Source: a virus (lineage: Duplodnaviria; Caudoviricetes). From it: DNA of 33,906 bases. This document shows positions 9,142 through 17,015 of this stretch, piece by piece; the first letter of the stretch is position 1, and each line of letters begins with the position of its first letter. A model generated the notes under the pieces. That model had not been told where the DNA came from. It made no database searches and saw only the letters and a list, made by a program, of their open reading frames with translations. A program made the position numbers and the translations under genes. The DNA lies in IMG/VR virus record IMGVR_UViG_3300005512_000164, positions 1-33,906 of that record. The stretch is one strand, 5' to 3'.

Positions 9142-11007
9142 ATGTCTTTTATGTACTATGATGGCTCTATTGTTGCTCGTATGGACTTAAACAGGGCACT
9201 TAGTGTTTACAGACGTTTTGATGATTTCTGGGGCACTACGTATATAGATGGGGTAAAAGTGTATAATGCTTCTATGATATTCTACACTAGGACTTATAGA
9301 GATGATCGTACTATCAAAAAGTTTGTAAAATCTTTAGGTATGACCTGGGAAACATTTACAGGCAGTAAAGTAGATAGGGAAATTGAGAATATGTACTTTA
9401 AGTTTAAGCCAGGGTTTGCGTACTCAGGTGAGGTGGCTAATAGAGAAGTAATACAAGTAGAGGCAGAAGGCAGGAAAACGAGCCCATTGGCAGCTCCTAC
9501 ACTAGAGGAAATTCGAAGCAAGTTAAATCTAGTATTTTCAGGTACTGATGAGATAGCGGTTACAACTAGTTATGGTGGTATTACTAAAAAGTACCTGGAA
9601 AACCATGAGTTAGAATGGGATATAGGTCCCACTGGTGTAACAACTACTCCACTAAATGTGGAGGAACTTAGGAAAGTACTTGACTCAGATCCATGGTTCT
9701 ACTATGCTAATTCTAGGTTTTCTGATAAAGGTTCAGTGACAATTGATGCATCTCACTATGACGGGAGCGGTAACGGTATTATAACTAAAGACACTAAAAC
9801 CCCTTCAACAATCGGTGTGTGTAATACTGGATCCACCGTAAACATACTAGGTACTTTAGCGTTATTAGATAGTCAGAGTGAAGTGTTTACTCTTCTCAAT
9901 GAAGCCTACGATGAAGAGGTTAATGCCGTAAAAGGAACTCACGATATATACTACACTGAGTATAAGTTTACAAGAACATATAAGTTTAATAAGATTACAG
10001 GAAGTTCTACCTTTTTAAATATGCTTTTAGATTGGTACTCCTACGCTGGCGATAAACTGGTACACTCGTCTGATACTAGTATTAAGAAAGCACTAGAAAC
10101 TATGATGGTAGATACCAATCCTGGTAATAATAGTTTATATATTGTAGACCGTGGAAACGTCTATTTAAAGTATGATACACTCAGGTATATGAAGAAGAGA
10201 GAATTTGTTAAGCTCTTAGGTACTAGTATAGATATAGGTTATACAGTGGAAGATGCTGAGTGGTGGGAGAAAGCACTGATGGTAGTTCTCGTTATTCTTG
10301 CTACGTATATCTCGATAGTTATGCCGCCTGCTGGACCAGGAGCATTTGCAGCTATAGCTACTTTCGCTGGTACTCTGGCTATAACTTTGTCTATCGCTAG
10401 TTTTATTATGATGCAAGTTGGTGGCCTATCCTCTTTAGGGTATGTCAAACGTATTGGTAAATTTGCCGCTGTAGCCGGTGTAATCGGGCTTCTAGCTGGG
10501 ATACTAGCCGCTTTACAGAATTTAATTACACAAGCCATAACTAAAGAAGCTTTGAAAGAGGGTTTACAGAATATGACAAAAGAGCAGGTAGCTACAGAAA
10601 TCAGTAAAAAAACTGTATCTGAGCTAGCTATTATGGCCATTAAAGAATCTTTTACTGGATTAACCTCTGCGGTACAAAACATTTTTACAGACTTCTCAAT
10701 GGAGTCATTAAAGGTTCTAGCCAATAGTGTTATAGATAGTTTAAATGGTTTAACTACAGCTTTTAACTTTTACCAGGATACAGAAAAATCTAAGTATGAT
10801 AAAGAGATGAATGATTTAAAAGAGCAAGATGAAGCATATGAACAGGAGATACTGAATAAACCTTTTATGTTTCCCTTTGGTCAAGTTATGCTTATGCACG
10901 AAAAGTTGTCTACACCAGACATGCTTCAAGACTTATCCTTAGATATAGATAGTCGTATTGGTAGAGATAGTTCCTACACTTCGTGGGAAAACAACGTCAA
11001 TATGTAA
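9142..11007 (+). CDS. N4 gp53-like virion protein with a multi-helix hydrophobic region
   Basis: 621 aa. EWWEKALMVVLVILATYISIV is followed by further Ala/Gly-rich hydrophobic helices and a C-terminal acidic coiled coil, as in N4-like gp53 proteins. Confidence 0.55.
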   Translation: MSFMYYDGSIVARMDLNRALSVYRRFDDFWGTTYIDGVKVYNASMIFYTRTYRDDRTIKKFVKSLGMTWETFTGSKVDREIENMYFKFKPGFAYSGEVANREVIQVEAEGRKTSPLAAPTLEEIRSKLNLVFSGTDEIAVTTSYGGITKKYLENHELEWDIGPTGVTTTPLNVEELRKVLDSDPWFYYANSRFSDKGSVTIDASHYDGSGNGIITKDTKTPSTIGVCNTGSTVNILGTLALLDSQSEVFTLLNEAYDEEVNAVKGTHDIYYTEYKFTRTYKFNKITGSSTFLNMLLDWYSYAGDKLVHSSDTSIKKALETMMVDTNPGNNSLYIVDRGNVYLKYDTLRYMKKREFVKLLGTSIDIGYTVEDAEWWEKALMVVLVILATYISIVMPPAGPGAFAAIATFAGTLAITLSIASFIMMQVGGLSSLGYVKRIGKFAAVAGVIGLLAGILAALQNLITQAITKEALKEGLQNMTKEQVATEISKKTVSELAIMAIKESFTGLTSAVQNIFTDFSMESLKVLANSVIDSLNGLTTAFNFYQDTEKSKYDKEMNDLKEQDEAYEQEILNKPFMFPFGQVMLMHEKLSTPDMLQDLSLDIDSRIGRDSSYTSWENNVNM

Positions 11008-11009
11008 AG

Positions 11010-11021
11010 TATGGTATAATT
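11010..11021 (+). promoter_or_regulatory. Extended -10 promoter (TATGGTATAATT) for the portal gene
   Basis: TGnTATAAT in the short intergenic gap; AAAGGA RBS at 11031-11036. Confidence 0.7.
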
Positions 11022-11043
11022 ATAGCTATTAAAGGAAAAATAT

Positions 11044-13008
11044 ATGATTGATATTAACAATAGTGCCGAGTTACTAGAAAGCTTAAAAGCTGATAAAGAG
11101 TCATCTAACAACCATAAAGCTACCTGGGATTCCAGAAGAGAGATATGGATTAAAGAAGGTAATGGTGATCCTTACGGTAACGAACAAAAGAATAAGTCTT
11201 CAATAGTTTCTAGAGATATTAAAAAAACTGAAGTATGGCAACATGCCACTATTATTGACCCATTTGTCTCTAACACTGATATGGTTAGAGCTACTGCTGT
11301 TGGTGCAGAAGATTCTCCTGTTGCTATACAGTCAGAGTCCTTACTAAACTACTTTTTTTGTAGGGACTTTGATAGGTACAATTTTATATCTGAAGGATTC
11401 AAAATACTACAGAGAGAAGGTACTGTAATAGCCAGAGTAGGATGGGAGTTCCAAGAAGCCGAAGTGGATATAGAGGTTCCTATTACTAAGGTAGTTTCTA
11501 TACCTACCCCCCAAGGTATTATGCAACAACAACAAATAGTAGGTTATCGTACTGAAACTCAGATGAAGACTATTCTTAATAGGCCTACTGCTGAAAACAG
11601 GGATAATAGGACCCTATGGATAGATCCTACAGAAAAACAGAATATATCTAAGGCACAATTTGTTATAGAACACTTCAAGTCTAACCTGTCTAAACTAACG
11701 CAAGATGGTATATATGAGAATTTAGATTTAATAGACGTTAAATCAGATGCCCACCAAGAATCTGAGGATGTATCCTACGATGATAGCGACCCTGACAGTT
11801 TCACATTTCAAGATAAGGCGAGAGCTGAACTAGATGTGTATGAGTATTGGGGTAATTATGATCTGAATGAGGATGGTATAGCTGAACCTATAGTATGTAC
11901 ATGGGTAGGCGAAACTATAATTAGATTAGAGGAAAACCCGTATCCAGATGGGGAGGTACCTTACATCTCCACTGCGTTAGATCCGGAACCTTTCAGTATT
12001 AATGGTAGACCTAATGCAGACTTACAGAGTACTGATCAAAAGATAAGTACATCTATCATTAGGTCATTTATGGACACATTAGATAATTCAACTAATGGGC
12101 AAAGAGGGTTTAAAGAAGGTACATTAGACCCAGCTAACGAACGTAAATTTAGAGCTAGGAAGGATTTTAAATTCCAAGGGGATAGTCCTGTAATATGGGA
12201 AGGTAAGTACGCAGACTTCAATCAGAGTGTACTTAGTTTTTATGAGATGGTACAGAATAACCAGAGTGAATTAACTGGTGTAAGACCTTTTGCTGGCGGT
12301 AACGCTGATTATGGCAGCTCTAGGCAGGCTGGTATGGCTATGGGAGCTGTAGCTAAGAAAGAAATAGATATATCTCGTAATTTCGCAGAAAACTTTATCA
12401 AACCCTTGCTGCGTAAGTGGTTAGCTATGATAAATGAGTTTATGGAACCAGAGGAAGTAGAGAGAATTACTGGGGCTCCCTACGTTAAACCAGACCCATT
12501 AGACATGGATGGTAACTTAGATATTAGGATAGAAGTATCTACGGCTGAAACGGATGCGGCCAAAGCTGGTGACATTAGTTTTATGCTACAAACTATGTCT
12601 CAGAGTTTACCATTTGATCTTACCAAAATACTCCTAGCGGAACAAGCTGACCTAAAGAAGATGCCTACCCTAGCTAAGAAGATCATGGAATATACTCCTC
12701 AGCCAGATCCGTTAGAACAAGAGAAGAAGATGTTAGAGATTGAAGAGCTTAAAGCAAGTATAGCGGAGAAACAATCTAGAGCTAGAGAGAATGAGGTTGA
12801 TATGAGGCTCAAAGAAAGTCAGACAGTGCTTAACCAAGCTAAAGCTAGACAGACTCACGCAGACTCCGATATAAAGGATCTAGACTTTACCGATAAGTCT
12901 ACGGGCGTATCTCATCAAAGAGAGTTAGAAAAGCAAAACCAGAAAATCACTGGAGATATAGCAAAACAGAGGATCAGTAATACTAATAAGGCTAATTCTG
13001 GTGTTTAG
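11044..13008 (+). CDS. Portal protein (N4 gp59-like)
   Basis: 654 aa. SSIVSRDIKKTEVWQ, REGTVIARVGW, VYEYWGNYDLNEDGIAEPIVCTWVGETIIRLEENPYPDGEVPY and STAETDAAKAGDISFMLQT are N4-type portal motifs. Confidence 0.9.
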   Translation: MIDINNSAELLESLKADKESSNNHKATWDSRREIWIKEGNGDPYGNEQKNKSSIVSRDIKKTEVWQHATIIDPFVSNTDMVRATAVGAEDSPVAIQSESLLNYFFCRDFDRYNFISEGFKILQREGTVIARVGWEFQEAEVDIEVPITKVVSIPTPQGIMQQQQIVGYRTETQMKTILNRPTAENRDNRTLWIDPTEKQNISKAQFVIEHFKSNLSKLTQDGIYENLDLIDVKSDAHQESEDVSYDDSDPDSFTFQDKARAELDVYEYWGNYDLNEDGIAEPIVCTWVGETIIRLEENPYPDGEVPYISTALDPEPFSINGRPNADLQSTDQKISTSIIRSFMDTLDNSTNGQRGFKEGTLDPANERKFRARKDFKFQGDSPVIWEGKYADFNQSVLSFYEMVQNNQSELTGVRPFAGGNADYGSSRQAGMAMGAVAKKEIDISRNFAENFIKPLLRKWLAMINEFMEPEEVERITGAPYVKPDPLDMDGNLDIRIEVSTAETDAAKAGDISFMLQTMSQSLPFDLTKILLAEQADLKKMPTLAKKIMEYTPQPDPLEQEKKMLEIEELKASIAEKQSRARENEVDMRLKESQTVLNQAKARQTHADSDIKDLDFTDKSTGVSHQRELEKQNQKITGDIAKQRISNTNKANSGV

Positions 13009-13017
13009 TATTAAATT

Positions 13018-13029
13018 TATGATATAATT
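13018..13029 (+). promoter_or_regulatory. Extended -10 promoter (TATGATATAATT) for the head operon
   Basis: Identical 12-mer to 353-364, immediately after the portal stop codon. Confidence 0.7.
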
Positions 13030-13102
13030 TGTGTATAGGTTACGAGCAATAAGTTATCTCACTAAAAGAACCTGACATTTCCCAATCAATGAAGGAAAAC
13101 TA

Positions 13103-13420
13103 ATGAATGAAGAATTGAACCGTGTGCAAGTTACTCTAGCTCAAGCAGAGATGAAAGTAGAGAAGGCAGAAAAGTGGGAGAAGCTACTAGCTAATCCGTT
13201 ATTTGAAGAACTTATTACTAAAGATTACCTAGGTGATGACGCTGTTAGGTTAACTATGAATTTAAAACCTAAGTCAGACGATAATGAAATTGTAAGTAAT
13301 ATGCTGATTGCCAAAGCAACCTTTAGTAGATTTGTAGGTAATATACTTGAAGAAGGTATGAACGCCAAAATGTCTATTGAAGAGAACTCTGAACTTCTTA
13401 GTGAACTAGATAATGAGTAG
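13103..13420 (+). CDS. N4 gp58-like small protein
   Basis: 105 aa between portal and scaffold. WEKLLANPLFEELITKDYLGDDAVRL fits the conserved small gene at this position in N4-like phages. Confidence 0.65.
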   Translation: MNEELNRVQVTLAQAEMKVEKAEKWEKLLANPLFEELITKDYLGDDAVRLTMNLKPKSDDNEIVSNMLIAKATFSRFVGNILEEGMNAKMSIEENSELLSELDNE

Positions 13421-13425
13421 GTACC

Positions 13426-14535
13426 ATGATTAATATGACTAATACTCAACTGGAAGAGATGAGTGACGATGACTTTGAAGAAGCTCAAGCACTGATAGAC
13501 GAAACGCCAGAAAATACTGAGCCTGTTATTGATGATGAAGTGGTAGAACCGGAAGTAGGTCCTGAGACTGTTAGTGAAGGGTTTGAAGAAGACACTGAAG
13601 AGTTTAGCGAGGAAACTAAGGAAGTAGAGGAAACAGAAGAAGTAAGTGAAACAGAAGATGACATTCTTGCTGACACAGAAACAGAAGAATCCACTACTAA
13701 GGAAGAATCTCCTGATGACACTGAAGAAAATAGTGAGGATACCCAAGACTTCAACTATGAAACTAGTTACAATGAGTTAATGAAACCACTTAAAGTGTCT
13801 GGAAAAGAGACACAAGTTAAAAGCATAGATGATATGCGAAACTTAGCGATGATGGGTATGGATTATTCTCGTAAAATGCGAGACATCAAACCACTTAGAG
13901 CTGTGGGTGAGACATTGGCCAAAGCTGGGATTATGGTTGATGGTGGTGTAGACGAAGCTGCTTTAGCTAGATTAATTGACATTAATAATGGAGATCAAGA
14001 CGCTTTATCTCAGCTTATACAAGAGAAAGGGATTGATCCATTAGACTTATCTACGGATGATGTAGACTATACACCTACTGCTAGTATTGCTAGTGAACAG
14101 AGTATAGAAATCGCTGATGTAGAGAAAGAGTTAATTAATCGTGGCAGTGTTGATAATGTTATTTCTGAACTAGATAAACTGGATGAAAGATCGAAGCAAT
14201 TCTTTAATGAAACTCCGTCCAACCTGTTGAAGCTAGACGATGACATTAAGAATGGCACGTATGAGACCATCATGGGTGCTGTTCAGTATGAGAAGTCAGT
14301 AGGTAGACTAACTGGTATGAGTGATATGGAAGCATACATTCAACTTGCTACTCAACAAGGACCGGTTACTCAACCAGTAGCTGCGGTTACTAAACCTAGT
14401 GTGAAACAGCGGAAGGCTGCAGGTATTACTAAACGACCTCCGGCTAGAAAGAGTGTACATAAGACCTATGACTACGTTAATATGTCAGACGATGAGTTTG
14501 AAGCATTGGCGATGGTTGATAGTCTGATGTACTAA
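13426..14535 (+). CDS. N4 gp57-like protein (acidic, probable capsid scaffold; often annotated as tape measure)
   Basis: 369 aa, very acidic N-terminus. PLKVSGKE...DDMRNLAMMGMDYSRKM...KP and GIDPLDL motifs; directly upstream of the major capsid gene. Confidence 0.75.
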   Translation: MINMTNTQLEEMSDDDFEEAQALIDETPENTEPVIDDEVVEPEVGPETVSEGFEEDTEEFSEETKEVEETEEVSETEDDILADTETEESTTKEESPDDTEENSEDTQDFNYETSYNELMKPLKVSGKETQVKSIDDMRNLAMMGMDYSRKMRDIKPLRAVGETLAKAGIMVDGGVDEAALARLIDINNGDQDALSQLIQEKGIDPLDLSTDDVDYTPTASIASEQSIEIADVEKELINRGSVDNVISELDKLDERSKQFFNETPSNLLKLDDDIKNGTYETIMGAVQYEKSVGRLTGMSDMEAYIQLATQQGPVTQPVAAVTKPSVKQRKAAGITKRPPARKSVHKTYDYVNMSDDEFEALAMVDSLMY

Positions 14536-14556
14536 CAAAAATACAAGGAGCCTATC

Positions 14557-15849
14557 ATGGCAGGTGAAAACACACCAGGAATTTATAACGAAGGTACTGC
14601 TGCAAACCCATCAAGTATTGATGCTGGAAACAGTAATGCACAACTAAGTCCGTTTTATTACGACAAACAAGCGGTAATTGAAGCAAATAAAAAAGCTTAT
14701 ATTGGTCAATTATCAGGAACTCGTAATCAACCAAAACATATGGGTAAATCTATTAAGAAACACGTTATCGTGCCTATGTTAGATGATCGAAATGTGAATG
14801 ATCAAGGTATTGATGCAGCAGGTGTTGTTCTAGATAACACTAAATGGACTGCAATTAGTGGTGCTGGTGTAATCCAGGGAACTGCTTATGCTGATGAAGC
14901 TGCTGCTACTACTGCTGCAGGTGCTGATGGTACTGTTAAACAAACTGGTGGTAACCTTTACGGTTCATCTAAAGATGTTGGTACAGTTTCTGCACTTACT
15001 CCTGTTATCTCTGAGACTGGTGGACGTGTAAACAGAGTTGGATTCTCACGTGAAGTTATTGAATCTACGTTAGAAAATTACGGCTTCTTTTATGAGTTTA
15101 CTCAAGATGACCTGAACTTTGACTCTGATGCTAAGCTAAAGTCTCATTTATACCGTGAATCTGGTAAAGCTGCTGGTGAGATGACTGAGAAGTCACTTAT
15201 GGTTGACCTTATCAATAACGCTGGTATTGAGATCTTTGCTGGTACAGGTAATACTGACTTAGCTGGTGTAGCTACAGGTGATACTGTTGGTTTAGCTGAG
15301 CTAAGAGCTATGACTAAAGTACTTAACGCTAATCAGTGTCCTATGGATACTAAGATTATTTCTGGTTCACGTAATATTGATACTAAAGTTGTATCTAATG
15401 CTCGTTACGCTTATACTACTGATGATATGATTACTATCCTTGAGGATACTATGAACACAACTACTAGTAAACATGCTTGGGCTTACGTTGAAGAGTACGC
15501 AGATGGAGCTAAATACGCTAAATCTAATGTTGCTCGTGGTGAAGTAGGTAAGATAGGTAAAGTTAGATTTATTGAACACCCAGAAATGCTTATTCAAGAG
15601 AATAAAGGTACAGCTGGTATTGATGTGCACCCAATTCTTTTCGTAGGTTCTGGATCGTTTACTCAAATCGGTTTCCAAACTAATGGTACTAAAGGTAAGT
15701 TCGAGATTATTACTAAAATGCCTGGTAAGGAGATTGCTGATCGTCAGAATCCATATGGTAAAGTTGGATTCAGTTCTAACAACTACTGGTATGGTATTCT
15801 TGTCGAAAGACCGGATCACTTAGGTGTAATTTATGGTGCTGTTGCATAA
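14557..15849 (+). CDS. Major capsid protein (N4 gp56 family)
   Basis: 430 aa. PMLDDRNVNDQGIDAAG, GNLYGSSKD, ETGGRVNRVGFSR, YGFFYEFTQDDLNFDSD and NPYGKVGFSS..WYG are N4 gp56 signatures; AAGGAG RBS. Confidence 0.93.
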   Translation: MAGENTPGIYNEGTAANPSSIDAGNSNAQLSPFYYDKQAVIEANKKAYIGQLSGTRNQPKHMGKSIKKHVIVPMLDDRNVNDQGIDAAGVVLDNTKWTAISGAGVIQGTAYADEAAATTAAGADGTVKQTGGNLYGSSKDVGTVSALTPVISETGGRVNRVGFSREVIESTLENYGFFYEFTQDDLNFDSDAKLKSHLYRESGKAAGEMTEKSLMVDLINNAGIEIFAGTGNTDLAGVATGDTVGLAELRAMTKVLNANQCPMDTKIISGSRNIDTKVVSNARYAYTTDDMITILEDTMNTTTSKHAWAYVEEYADGAKYAKSNVARGEVGKIGKVRFIEHPEMLIQENKGTAGIDVHPILFVGSGSFTQIGFQTNGTKGKFEIITKMPGKEIADRQNPYGKVGFSSNNYWYGILVERPDHLGVIYGAVA

Positions 15850-15860
15850 CAGTAAATTTA

Positions 15861-15881
15861 GTAGAGGGTAACCCCCTCTAC
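15861..15881 (+). terminator. Stem-loop after the major capsid gene (weak terminator or mRNA stabiliser)
   Basis: GTAGAGGG-taacc-CCCTCTAC, an 8-bp perfect stem just after the stop codon. The U-tract is poor. Confidence 0.55.
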
Positions 15882-15910
15882 CTCTTAGAGAATAAAAATA
15901 AGGATATACA

Positions 15911-16465
15911 ATGAGTCAACATTTAGAGGAAAAGTCACTTCCAGAGTTACGTGATATTGCGGATGAGCTGGGTATAGAGTACCCTAATAATATAAGCAAA
16001 GCTAAGATTATTCAGAAGCTTGTCGAAGATGATGAAGCTGTGGAAGGTAAACCTGCTGATGTGGAAGGTGTTAAGGTTAAAAAAAGAGAGTCTGCTGCAG
16101 ACATTAAGGCACGTATGAATAAGTTAATTAGATTACGTGTTTCTAGTAATGACCCTCAGTATAAAGGGCGTAATGGTGTTACTCTTCAAGTAGGTAATAA
16201 GACTGCTGTAGTAGGTAAGTTTATCCCATTCAATACTATCTGGCACTGTCAAGAGCCGGTATTAAACTCTTTAAAAAGAAGACAGTGGAGACAAACTGTA
16301 TTTAAAACAGATAGAACTACAGGTATGAAAGTACCTGTAACTTCTGTACACCCTTCTTTTATTATTGAGTTACTCCCGAGTCTAACGGAGAAGGAACTTG
16401 CGAAGCTGGCTACAGATCAGTCTGCTCGAGGTTCTATACCGATGGATAGTGACACTAACGTTTAG
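15911..16465 (+). CDS. N4 gp55-like protein with an N-terminal Rho_N/HeH-like helical motif
   Basis: 184 aa. LPELRDIADELGIEYPNNISKAKI at the N-terminus; KLIRLRVSSNDP, VGKFIPFN..WH and FIIELLPSLTEKELAKLATDQ resemble gp55. Position right after the MCP matches N4. Confidence 0.75.
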   Translation: MSQHLEEKSLPELRDIADELGIEYPNNISKAKIIQKLVEDDEAVEGKPADVEGVKVKKRESAADIKARMNKLIRLRVSSNDPQYKGRNGVTLQVGNKTAVVGKFIPFNTIWHCQEPVLNSLKRRQWRQTVFKTDRTTGMKVPVTSVHPSFIIELLPSLTEKELAKLATDQSARGSIPMDSDTNV

Positions 16466-16470
16466 TAGAT

Positions 16471-16500
16471 AGGGCTCATGTATTCTCCTTCATGGGCCTT
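16471..16500 (+). promoter_or_regulatory. Intergenic RNA hairpin (10-bp stem with two G-U pairs, 10-nt loop)
   Basis: AGGGCTCATG-tattctcctt-CATGGGCCTT. Confidence 0.45.
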
Positions 16501-16534
16501 ACTGTATTAAACTACAACAACTAAAGGAATAAAT

Positions 16535-17002
16535 ATGCCTACGGAATATAACTCACAATTTGATAACTTGGTTAGGCCAGGTACTACTGGAGCATACGAG
16601 CCTATAGTATCTTCGTCACAAAGACAGTCATCACAGAACACTCCATTCGATTTGTACGGTGCGTTAAAGACAGGTGTTGGCACTGTACAGTCTATGTTTG
16701 CAGGTAACCCTTTAGCACAAACCGCAGGACTAGACCCGGTAATATATGCTAAACTATCACCCACAGAACAACTTCAAAGTCAAGAAGCTTTTAACCTAGG
16801 AGCAAAGAATGTTGCAGCTAATGAGTTTGATGTTACTGGTGCAGCCAACCTAGGTATAAGTGCGTTTAACGCATATAATACTAATAAGTATCAAAATGAG
16901 ATGATGGACACCTATAAAGCAGATTTAGGTATGAAGTGGAAAGATCAAGAACGTAGAGATGCTGTTAGAGACAAATGGTCATCAGCATTTCAGAACTCAT
17001 AA
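16535..17002 (+). CDS. Small internal virion/ejection protein (N4 gp52-like position)
   Basis: 155 aa, no Cys. Gly/Ala amphipathic segment (GAANLGISAFNAY) followed by a Gln/Asn-rich helix. Confidence 0.55.
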   Translation: MPTEYNSQFDNLVRPGTTGAYEPIVSSSQRQSSQNTPFDLYGALKTGVGTVQSMFAGNPLAQTAGLDPVIYAKLSPTEQLQSQEAFNLGAKNVAANEFDVTGAANLGISAFNAYNTNKYQNEMMDTYKADLGMKWKDQERRDAVRDKWSSAFQNS

Positions 17003-17015
17003 ATAAGGATTCTAC

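Noticed and set aside
15861-15881. Possible N4-type vRNAP hairpin promoter
   Set aside because: It has a 5-nt loop rather than the 3-nt loop of N4 promoters, occurs once, and sits right after the MCP stop, which fits a terminator or stabiliser better.
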